In this document: positions 1 through 10,630 of the stretch, one piece after another
Position numbering within the stretch: the first letter of the stretch is position 1
How the letters are laid out: every line of letters begins with the position of its first letter
DNA from: Selaginella moellendorffii
Taxonomy: Eukaryota > Plantae > Lycopodiophyta
Reading direction: 5' to 3'
Assembly: GCF_000143415.4 (NCBI RefSeq)
Contig: NW_003314261.1
Coordinates: 186,001-250,000 of the forward strand
DNA length: 64,000 nt
The notes under the pieces: generated by a model
Seen by the model: the letters and a program-made list of their open reading frames with translations, nothing else
What the model was told of the DNA's origin: nothing
The model's database searches: none
Position numbers and translations under genes: made by a program

Positions 1-3000
1 GCCCGAACACTCTAGAACACCAGAAGGTGGTGTTTGATGTCGCGAGGGCAATGGATAAAGCCCAAGGGACTAAGTCCCTAGCGAATGATGGATAGAAGGT
101 GCTATCCAAATGTCCAAGGTTGCGGAGACAGGAGAGGACTGTCTACCCGAGTTGGACAAAGCCAAAAATGGAATTTTGGCAAGGCTAGTGATGGGTATGT
201 AAAGGCCCATAAGCAACAATGTAATCCCAGTGTGTTGGATTATAAGGTGAGCATACCCAGATTGAGGAACCACTCCTTAGGCTATTGGGTAGGTTCATCC
301 CTAAGAATACTTGCTAAAGCATGATAGAAAGTGCGAAGCTATCCTCCTAGTCTGGAGGAGAATGACCAAAGGAAAGGTGTGAAGCCAAAAAGCAAGAAGT
401 AAGGGGATAGAACCGAACCATAGGAATCAAAGGGCATAACCAAGGTTGGTTATGCCAGCTGGGAGTGGAGAATCAAGAGGGTGCTCGAGGATGTTGTTGC
501 TAGCAACTGTGATGCCATAGAGAGTCTAAAACATGGAATTGTCCATGTTAGACTATATGGCAACTATAAAGCTTGCGAAAGGGGAGGCCTTAGCAAGTTG
601 AGGGACAGAGTTCCTTCAAGGTTCCCAAAGACGATTCTATGTAGCGTAGTACCTAGAAAGGCCAAGTGTAAATGGTTCATGGAACGCGCGAAATCAGAGT
701 GGCGCAGCAGAAGCGTGGTCTTGAAGCTTGCCATGAGGCAAGGTTATCAAGGTTAGGGAAGTAGTTCCCGAGTGTTCAAAGAGAGGGCTTTGAACGAAAG
801 TCGATGGTCAAGGACTTTCACGCTTATGCAGGAACCATGTTACAATGGTTGGAGAACTTGCCAAGTGAGATTGGCACGTTGGGGGAACAAAGACCCTAGT
901 TGAAGGTGATAACTTCAAAAAGGGTGGGCCATGGGGCCGAGCATGGAGGAGTCCATGCATGATCACAGACATGTCAAGTGAGAGGACTTGGCAGTGTGGA
1001 GGAACTAGGTTCCTAAGCTGTGATCTGTAGCGCGTTTTAAAAATAAGTTGGTGCACCGGCGTGGGGAGTCACGCCAGGCATCTAGTGTGATGCCGTCCGT
1101 AGATGCATATACGGAGGTTGGGTTCGAGTCCCGACCCTCTAGTGCTTGGGTTCGAGTCCCAAATCACTAGGGCGCGGTGATGGTTTGGAATATGAGGACA
1201 CTCATATTTCGGTGGTCATGGACTCTCAGTGGGGAGACTAGTTTGGGCACACCGCCAAGCGAGGGATGCCTCGGAGTCGTGATGCACGGTTAGATTGCTT
1301 AGTGTGAAAGCTCGGCATATCTAACTTGAACGCTTTGGTGCAAGTGGCACCAAGGTCGTGGTGAGTGAGATGGGGACACCTAATCTCAGTTGCTATGAAC
1401 CCTTGGCCGTAAGGGCTAGCTTGGGTGCACCGCCAAGTGTGGGGGATGCCCCCGGGGTTATAGTCAACAACTTGGAAGTCTAGAAGACCAAGTACCTCTT
1501 GGCAACTCGGTTAAGGTGCCAAGGTGAGATCACTAGGTGATCTTATGGCCAGATAAGGACAAGGTCCTTGGTTGGCTAAGGAATGAAGTTCATGGTTCAA
1601 AATGTTGAAATTGAACTGTTTAAGGTGGTGTGGCTTGGTCGTGATAACCAAGTGGGAAGAGCACCTAAGGGAAATAAACTATGTCCGTGCGATGGCATAG
1701 TGAGTCCGAGGAAAGTAGTCTCTATAAAAGACCCATGGGAGGGTCACGAAGTTGGGCCGTGGATAGAGCCCATAGCAGAAGATGCTAAAGAGACGTACTA
1801 GGGGTGACGTACTAGGGGTGACGTACTAGGGGTGAACGTCCTCCGGACTTGGCAAAGAAGAGTCTTTGCTATGGAACCGAAACAATACCTCAAGGAGGGA
1901 GGTAGAGATTCGATATTGCTTGGTGCAACAATCAACGGATAGGAGCAAAAGATGAGTGGCCAAGATAGGGCCGTGGAATCCCTTGGAAGGAATCCAAGTG
2001 ACAAAGTTAGGCGAGGAACACTAATGTGTTGGACGCTAACAAGTTGCGGGAAAGGAAGTGTGTTTCCAAGGAGGGATTCCGAAATGCTCCGGTTTGGCGA
2101 AAGTGGAAGCTCCAAGGGAGGGAGCGGTAAGGTAGCCAAATGATAGGGCCATGAACAGCCCTAGCACAAAGTATGATAACTGGAACTTTGGCACGAAATA
2201 GAAGAGAGGATGATGGTGCCCTCGAGTAGAGAACTTCCTAGGATGGGAAGTGGAGTTGCACAAAAGGTGCAAGGCAAGGTGTCGGAGACACCTAAGAAAT
2301 TGACTCCAAGAAGTCAAAATTCAAAGTTCCAAAGTGCAAAGGTTATATCGATGGAAATTGAGACTACTTGAGAAGGAGTAGTGGGATTGACTTAGAGAAG
2401 GGTCTCTAAGAGGTTTAGCGAGAACTAAACCAATAAAAGGATGAACCATTACATGTGGTCCAATCAGTCTCTAAATTGGAGAGACTACGCTCCTTAAAGG
2501 ATGGACAAGGCATGGTGAGCCTTTGATGTCAAACCATAGACAAAGATTGGCTAGGTGCCAAAGATGGAAATGGTAACACATGTGGGTGTTACTTTATGAA
2601 AGGGTTTACCGTTCGATGAGGACATCGAACTTCGTCTATGGGTGGTGGAGTTGTGAGACACAAAATCCCTAGGCCCCAAAGTGGAGCCGGAAGGGCGCCA
2701 CATGGTAGTGGCCGAAGCGAGAGCCAAACGAGCGTAACACGTTTGGACCAAAAGCTCCGACTTGAAAAGTCAAGAGCGGGAGTGGAACTCCCAACGAAGT
2801 GCTCGAGGAACGAGCACGAAGCGAGCAAAAGGCAAGGCTCCAAAAAGGGACCCGAGATGGACCCGAGATGGAGTCCGAGATAGAGTCCGAGATGGACCCG
2901 AGATGGACCCAAGATGGAGTCCGAGATGGAGTCCGAGATGGACCCAAGATGGAGTCCGAGATGGTGTCCGAGATGGAGTCTGAGATGGACCCGAGATGGA

Positions 3001-3140
3001 GTCCAAGATGGAGTCCGAGATGGACCCGAGATGGACCCGAAATGGAGTCCGAGATGGAGTCCGAGATGGACCCGAAATGGAGTCCGAGATGGAGTCCGAG
3101 ATGGACCCGAGATGGAGTCCGAAGTCGAGACCGAGACTGG

Positions 3141-3172
<32 letters not shown>

Positions 3173-4275
3173 TCGGGACCGAGACCGAGACCGAGGCCGA
3201 GGCCGAGACCGAGCCCGAGCCCGAGTCCGAGTCCGAATCCGAATCCGAGTCCGAGTCCGAGTCTGAGTCCGGAGCCTGAGAGGGTGAAAGCCCAAAGCGT
3301 TCGTCTCCCAGACCCTAGGGGGTTTGGTGAGCTCCAAAAGTATAGTAGAGGGAGGACTGCAGTGGAGCCAGTTTGGCCAGGAAAGGCCAGTTTGGCCCAG
3401 GAAGGCCGGACCCAGTGTTGGGTGATGAGCTGCCCACTGGGAAGTCCAAGACTAGAGTGAACACGGACCGACAAGCGGGGTAGCTTGGTGAAGTGTTCAA
3501 GAGCCGGCTCTAGTTCCCCCGGGAGATCGATTGGCCGATGCTCCCAGTCCAAGTGTGGATGGCACTACCTACTTGGATACCAGGCGTGGCTCAACAGAAC
3601 CTCACTCTAAGCCCATGGCTAGAGCACCTAAAGGCGAAAGGCGGGGAGAGTACCCAGGTGGCTCGCGTAAGGCCACGGTGTTCCGAGATGTTGTCCCAAA
3701 GGCCTAGACTGTGGAAAGGAAGAGGAGCAGTCCTCTGGGGTAGTGACCAAGGATACAGTCGTGTGGTGAGGAAGTCCCAAAGGACCGTGGGACTTAGTGG
3801 TCGAGCCTGTGGGCCTCGATCCAGTGGCAGTGTTGGCAAACACAGCCAGGGGCAGAAAGGGACTTGGTAGGAACTGACAAAGGGACTTTGGGGAAGGCAA
3901 TTCCCCCGGTCTGTGGGCATCCTAAGGATGCTAAGGAGTGGATCTAGGATGACCACTCGTGGACAGATGGCCCAGTCTTGGAGAGCCAAGACTGTGATGC
4001 AAGTGGTATTGGACTACCAGTGTGGCAAAGGTGATTGGGCATGGCCTTAGCGTAACGGGCTGCTATGTCGGTGGTACCTTTGAGTGTCAGTCATGGGACC
4101 GGACACGTGGAGCACTTGGACCAGGTGCAGGTGTTGAGTGGCATGGATGCCATTCTTGGGGCTAGCAAGTCCCAAGTCCTGAATTGGACTGATGGAGGTT
4201 GTGAATGAGACTCCTCCAAGTGGCCAGAGGTGTGGTTAAGTGACTAAAGTAGAATGGAAAAATTAGTCGCTTACA
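1..4275 (+). mobile_element. LTR retrotransposon family B, 3' part: degenerate internal region (1-2651), PPT (~2640-2651), 3' LTR (2652-4275)
   Basis: GGGTGGTGGAGT purine tract precedes TGTGAGAC, and the LTR ends ...GTCGCTTACA at 4275. The same LTR occurs inverted as a split solo LTR (14988-35540), and internal 1120-2700 recurs at 9085-10630. No intact pol ORF. Confidence 0.8.
2850..3275. repeat. Minisatellite inside LTR B: 12-bp GAGATGGA(C/GT)CC-type units followed by 6-bp GAGACC/GAGTCC units
   Basis: Directly visible; it explains the repetitive RS/ES/GL ORFs. Related arrays occur at 8134-8395 and 34990-35330. Confidence 0.95.
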
Positions 4276-4916
4276 CCTACCCACTATCCCTACTATACAT
4301 TTTAAGCCCCCCACAGCCCCCCCCCCCTAAGGAACCCTAAGGAACACACGCTTTGAGCTTTTACCCCAAGCCTCCCTTAGTATCAGGAGTTAGTCTTTGG
4401 GATAAGCTCAAAACTTACTAAATATGGAATAGCACTAAATTGTGAATTTAGACACGGGACGAACACTATTGTGTTCAGGCCAATCTCTACATTCCGTAGA
4501 TATGCCAAATGAGCAAATGTAGACACTTTCCATAAATAGCATTTAGGACCGAAATGAGACTAACATAAAGGGCGTGATAGTGAGGGTGTTTGGCAGACAC
4601 AGTAAGCTATCATCCAGCAATATTGAGAGACTAGTCTCAATATGCAAGAGTTCTTGTCAAGCTAGTGCAAGATAGAGCAAAAGAGAACTAACAAGCCAGG
4701 CCAAATATGCTTGGCTAAATAGACACTTAGGAATTTCTTCCTTATGCTTGTACAACTAAGTACAGATGCAAAGTTCAGTTTACTAACACTTGAACAAGAG
4801 GGACTGATAAAGGGAACCAGCAATACCAACCTCCTGCCATCGTGGCAGTAAGGAAAGAATGTCTGTAAGGACTAGCCGATATGCAACTTTCGATACCCGA
4901 AGTCACATTCACGATA
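4276..4916 (-). mobile_element. Family A LTR remnant (U3 half), interrupted by element B
   Basis: Matches 28246-28882 and 34036-34669; ends ...GAAGTCACATTCACGATA (consensus ...CGACA). Confidence 0.85.
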
Positions 4917-5219
4917 AGTAGTCTCCAAGGGTGAGGACATCCGGGAAAACAGTTTTACTTGGCACATCATCCAGTCTCCAGCTTCTGTGAAGCTGAGTTC
5001 CCTCTTAGGCAGGATCCATCTAATTGCCATGCCAACGGTGCGGGGGAGGACTGGCTGAAAACCGTTGCTGGCAGCCTCCATGATTAGTCCTTCAAAGAGT
5101 TCAGATTGTGTGGCCAATCCCGAGTGAGGTAGGGCCACATGAAACCTAATATGAGATGCCCGATCAAGGGGATGCTACTTCAACACCTTTTCCTGGTCCT
5201 CTGGGAGTTCAAATGGATG

Positions 5220-6253
5220 CTATGTGGCCATCCTATCTCTCTTAACCACACATGCCTCCTCCCAGTGTCCTATCCTCTGGCAAAAGCTACATCTTGGTTC
5301 TGAACTCTCTATTTGGATCCTAATGTACTGTCCCAAGATTACTATTTCCATTGGTATCTCTAATGGGGCCAAGATGAACACCTTGAGGCGAATGGGGCCG
5401 AGAACACCATCTACATCCACTATCTCCAGACTAGCTGCCACTTGGCCTATGCTGCATCTTGGTTCTGAACTCTCTGTTTGGATCCTGATATACTGTCCCA
5501 GGATTGCTATTTCCATTGGGATCTCTAACAGGGCTGAGACGAACACCTTGAGGCAAATGAGGCCAAGAACACCATCTGCATGCACTATCTCTGGACCAGC
5601 CGTGACTTGGCTTATGTTGTCTTCAACCAGCTCCTTCACAACCATCTTGTCTTGCATCTCTATGAGGACATCCCACAATGTGATGGAAAAGTCCCACCTT
5701 TAAGACAAGCCTAGTCCTTTGCAGTAAACCTCGGGATCCAGGGGTGGAATGACATTGCCCAGTTCTTATCAATAAGTTCATACATGGCTTCAGCCCGGAT
5801 CCGAGCTTCTTCTATATCAAACACAATCATGTAGCATCCCTTCCCATGTGGTAGTGTGCTTTTAATGAGGATCCCCTGTCCCAATATAGCATTGGTCCAA
5901 TCATTTGCCATCTGTCATGTGGGAAACCTGCTTCTTAAGATTGTGATCAAAGCCTTCCTATGGAGCTCTTCTTCTCTCTCCGCCACCACCTTTTACATCA
6001 TCACTGCCAGCTTAATTGGTTTGGCTGCTCCTTTCTTTTCTGTGTGGGCTTCTTTGCCGTCTTCAGCCACCTTCTTGATCCCCTCCATGGAATCTGGAGT
6101 CTCCACTTGGTCGGGCTCTAGGCTCTCCATGTTATTGCTATTTCCTTCAACTGGGATTTGTACCTTCTCTGCCTCCTTGATGAGACTTTGCCTAGTTGTT
6201 GACCCTGACTTCACTCCCCCATGGGTTTGTCTCTTTTTGCTTGACTCCCCCAC
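5220..6253 (-). pseudogene. Plant LINE ORF1-like region (DUF4283 + CX2CX4HX4C zinc knuckle) directly downstream of gag
   Basis: GKGCYMIVFD..EARIRA...SFHPWIPRF, then IRIQIESSEPRCSFCQRIGHWEEAC. This is the DUF4283/zf-CCHC_4 arrangement of plant L1 ORF1, recognised by eye. Confidence 0.65.
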
Positions 6254-7237
6254 ATATTTGCTTGTTGGCCGCCGGATTTACCTTTCCGAAACCCCGATGA
6301 CTCATTCTTAGAGAAACTCTTCTTGAATTTCCCTCTACTATACGTTCCCCTTGGTTTGGCCCCTTTGCTAAATGTGGACCTGACCCTCATGTTCCCCTTT
6401 CGCAGGTTATCGTTGAAATGCACCTTGATGGCCACATCCAACACTTCCTTGTAGTTGGTTAGGTTCCAACGCATCACCTCACTGCGAGCCTAGGTTTGCA
6501 AACCTGATATGAAGGCATGGAACGCATCCATATCCCCCATGTCCGTGACAAGTATCCTCTTTGCTATAAACCCATTTACATACTCCTGAATGGTTCCAGT
6601 TTGCCTCAGCCTACTCAGCTTGTCTCTTAGATGCAAAGTAGCATTTAGAGGAATGTAAGTCACGCGGATCCTCGCCTTCATCATTTCCCAAGTGGCCACC
6701 GGTCCTTCGTTGGCCTCTGTCATTCTCCACCAAGACTTGGCATTATCTACCAAGTATGGTTTTGCACATGGGACCTTCTTCGAGCTTAGTAACCGCAACG
6801 CTCGGAATTAGTCCTCCATATCGTAAAACTAATCCTCCATCACCTTATAGTCATTCACTCCCTTGAAGACTGGTGGGGGCTTTGGTTTGTACTTGGGAAC
6901 TGCCTGAGGGACTGATTCCACTTGGGTCTGTTTGACCTTGTTTGGTTCTGCCTCAGTCCCTACCGAAGGGTCCGCACCCTCTGCGCTGCCAACATCTGCA
7001 GTCTTTCGCTTTTTTCTTCCTCTTCTCATCACGCTTTAACTTGCGTATGAGAGTTTCTAGCAGGGCATTTGTTTGTGCCAATTGTCTTTCTAGAACATCC
7101 AATCGAGTTTTGGACGATCGAACCTCACCACCGGACTCCTGTTTGGAAGTTTCCTCATTGAAGTCCTCCTCATGCAAGGATTCCTCATCCATAGCCTCTT
7201 GTTCGATCGGAGGCCCCAGCTCTGGAGGAGGTTCCAT
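6211..7237 (-). pseudogene. gag: Ty3/gypsy-type gag (Retrotrans_gag) with stops and frameshifts
   Basis: KPKPPPVFKG...YLVDNAKSWW...TWEMMKARIRVTYIP...LRDKLSRLRQTGTIQEYVNGF...FISGL motifs across collinear ORF pieces. Confidence 0.85.
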
Positions 7238-9084
7238 CTCTGCCTTGGTTCGTTTTCACCCTGCCTTTGCTCCCAGCAATCTGCCTTTATCCTTCGCTAG
7301 AACTGAGAAAAAGGCTCTGATACCAAATTGTAAGCCACAAATTTTTCCTTTCCAATTTGCCAGCTTACCTCGTCTATCCGACCAACACTGTCTTGGCTTG
7401 TGCTAAGTTCCCTCGCCAAGGTTCCCACCTATTGTACCAGCTCCTACTTGGTCCTACTTGGTTTCAGCTACTCATTGCACGAGCAACGGAGCATTAGCCA
7501 TCCATCCACAGATTCCCAAATCTCTCCCAATCCCCCTCCCCGGGTTAGATTGGACTTAAGGTTCAGCTACACTCCCCGCAAGCACAAGCAGCCAAACACA
7601 CCAAGCCTCCAGGTTCCTAACACCCATTGGTACAACAAGACTTGATCATGGGACCCTCTAAATCCCAAGCCTTGGGTGCAACACTTGCTTCGGGACATCG
7701 GGGCGAAACACCGTGGCCTAATGGCCCGGTATGGGTACCTCTAGCCCCCCACTTCCATCCCGAAGGGAAGGCCCAAGCCCCTAGGAAGGGCGAGGACCAA
7801 TGAGCCACAAGGTACTCAAGTGGGGCACCACTCCACATGAGCCGGGAGCACTACAGTTGGTTTTCCTTTTGGGAATGGGAGCTGCTCTTGAGCACTTCCC
7901 TGGGTGGCCCCTCCGGCACCACCCAAGCACATGCTCACTCCCACCCAAGGCCTCTCGGCCCTAGTCTCAACCTCAAGTCAGTTTAGAAGCACCACTAGAG
8001 AGTTCCTTCAAGACTGGTTCCTGGACCTCACTATCCCTACTATACTTTTGGAACCCCCTACAGCCCCCCGCCCCCCGCCCCCCCTTGGGAGACACACGCT
8101 TTGGGCTTTCACTCCTTGACTCGTATTAGTATTCGGACTCAGTCTCGGACTCGATCTTGGACTTGATCTCGGACTCGACTTTGGACTCGGTCTCGGACTC
8201 AATCTCGGACTTGATCTCGGACCCGATCTCGGACTCAACTTCAGACTCGACCTTGGACTCGGTCTCGGACCCGATTTGAATCTCAGACTCTGTCTCGAAC
8301 TCGGTCTCCGATTCGGCCTCAGGCTCGATCCCAGACTCTATCTCAAACTCAGTCTCAAAGTCGGTCTTGGACTTGATCTTTGACTCGGTCCGATCCGATG
8401 AACTCTTTGTCATTTCGGTCATGCTTTCAGGGATCCTTTAGCCTACAACATCTTGGGAAGTCGGTTCCTTACAGGATCCTAGTCCAGCATCTCTACCTCA
8501 TCTAGTTTGGGAAGTGGTGGGGGGAGCGACAACTTTTGTTCCTCCTGAGATGCTAAAGGAGAGTCCAGGCATGGTTTCCTCAAGCTGTGCTGGTGTTCAA
8601 GGTCCTCCTAATGTGTTTCCTCTAGGGCTCCTACACGTACAGCTGAACGTGAGCTTGACATGTTCCCATTGCTTGGAAGTATGCTAATCTCCTAGTCCTT
8701 CTGTGTCTTGAGGTTCTCCATGAGAATTCCAAGAGTTGCTCGACGTGCGATATTTCCCATACTATCCCTGTCATTCAATTGGTGAGTTAGCTGTAAGACT
8801 TTCTGCTAGATTCGCTGTGTCAACTCATGACACATCTATTCTGTGAACCTCTCACTATTCCAGAATACTATACTGCCACCTGTGAGCCTCGGTGAGAGCA
8901 CATAAAGTTGATTAGTGTTGTCTTCCTCTCATCTTAAATTAGCATATAGTCTCACCTCTAGGGGCTACGAGCTGGATCTGGGCCTCACACTTGAGGAGTG
9001 AGATGGTGAGGATGGAAGGGAGGCTCTTGGTTTATTTGTGAGGTCCAATAAACATTTATGGGAAAACTTTAGACAAAGGTTGTG

Positions 9085-10630
9085 TTTGAGTCCCAACCCT
9101 CTAATACTTGGGTTCAAGTCCCAACTCACTAGAGTGTGATGATGGTTTGGAATATAAAGACACTTATTTTTTGGTGGTCATAGACTTTTAATAAGGAAGT
9201 TGGCTTGAGCACACTGCCAAGCAAGGGATGCTCAAGAGTTGTGATGCATGGTTAGATTGTTTAGTGTGAAATTTTGGCATATTTAATTTGAACACTTTAG
9301 TGCAAGTGGCACTAAGGATGTAATATAAGGACACTCAATCTAAATTGCTATAGACCCTTGGTTGGAAGGGTTAACTTAAGTGCACCACCAAGTGTGGGGG
9401 ATGCCCCCAGGGTTGTGGTTAATAACTTAAAGGTCTAATAGACTTAATGCCTATTGGTAAACTATTAAGCTATCTATATGAGATCACTAGGTCATTTTTT
9501 AGTTGATAGTCAAAGACAACTTCCTTGGTGGGTTAGGAATGGTATTCTTAGTTCAAAGTAGTGATTTGAACAAATGGTATAGTATGACTTAGTCAAAGTG
9601 ACTAAATGAGAATGACACCTAAGGGAAATGAACTATAAACTACAATGGTATTATAAGTCTAAGAAAAGTAATCTTTAAAAAAGGACTTAAAGGAGGGTCA
9701 CAAGATTGGGCTGAGGATATATCCCACAATAGAAAATGTTAAAAAGACTTACTAGGGATGAACACCCTTTAGACTTGGCAAAGTAGAGCCTTTATTAGAG
9801 GAGCAAAAGAATACCTTAAGGATGGAGGTAGTGATCTTATATTACTTAGTACAATACTCAAAAGATAGAAGCAAAAGATTAGTGGTTGAGAAGGGGCTTT
9901 AGAAATTACTGGAAGAAATCCAGATTATAAGTTAGACAAAGAACCACCATATGGTGAATTTTAACGGACTGTGGGAAAGAAAACATATTTTTAATGATGA
10001 ATTTTCCAAATGCTCCAATATGGCAAAGGTGAAAGCTCCAAAAGATGAAGTAACAAGGTAGCCAAATAATAAAGCAATGGACAGCCCTAACTTAAATTGT
10101 GAATAAATGGAATTTAGTGCCTAGGGTGGCATAGAATAAAAGAGAGGATGATAGTGCCCTCAAGTGAAGAACTTCCTAGGATGAGAAAGTGGAATTTGCA
10201 CAACATGTGCAATTTAAAGTGTCAAAAACACTAAGGAAAGTGATTTGAAAAAGTTCTAAAGTATGAGGTTATGTTACTAGAGGCTAAGATTACTTTGGAA
10301 TGAGTAATAAAATTAAGATAAAGAAGGTGTTTCTAACGGGTTTAGCAAGAACTAAACAAACAAAGGAACAGAATTGACACAAGTGATCTTATGAGTCTCT
10401 AAGATGGAGAGACAATACTCTTTAGAGAATGGATAAAGCATGGTGAGCATTTGATGTTGAACCATCAACAAATATTAATATGGTGCTAAGGATGAAAATG
10501 GTAATCTATGATAGGGGTTATTTATAAAATGATTTATTGTTTAATGAGGATATTAAACTTTGTTTATAGATGGTGGAGTTGTGAAATACAAATCCCTAAG
10601 CTCCAAAGTGGAGCCAAAAGGGTGCCATGT
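9085..10630 (+). mobile_element. Older, AT-drifted copy of the family B internal 3' region, PPT and first ~50 bp of LTR (LTR starts 10580)
   Basis: Collinear with 1120-2705, with many C>T and G>A changes. Confidence 0.85.

Larger units (their letters stand above)
4917..8473 (-). mobile_element. LTR retrotransposon family D, 5' part: LTR 7329-8473, tRNA-iMet PBS 7314-7325, gag plus LINE-ORF1-like region, truncated by the family A LTR
   Basis: LTR bounded by TGTAAG...CTTACA. A perfect TGGTATCAGAGC PBS lies on the minus strand 3 nt from the LTR, followed by a gag-like reading frame. Confidence 0.85.

Noticed and set aside
1795-1836. Three copies of 14-bp GTACTAGGGGTGAC as a regulatory iteron
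   Set aside because: Single copy in the paralogous region near 9750; a simple slippage expansion.
2589-3552. Long RS-, ES- and GL-repeat ORFs (SR-protein-like)
   Set aside because: All frames are open because of the 6/12-bp minisatellite inside LTR B; the same occurs at 8126-8422 and 34959-35523.
8881-8989. 109-bp TGTGAG...CTCACA unit as a mini-LTR or MITE
   Set aside because: No TSD, PBS/PPT or second copy in the window.
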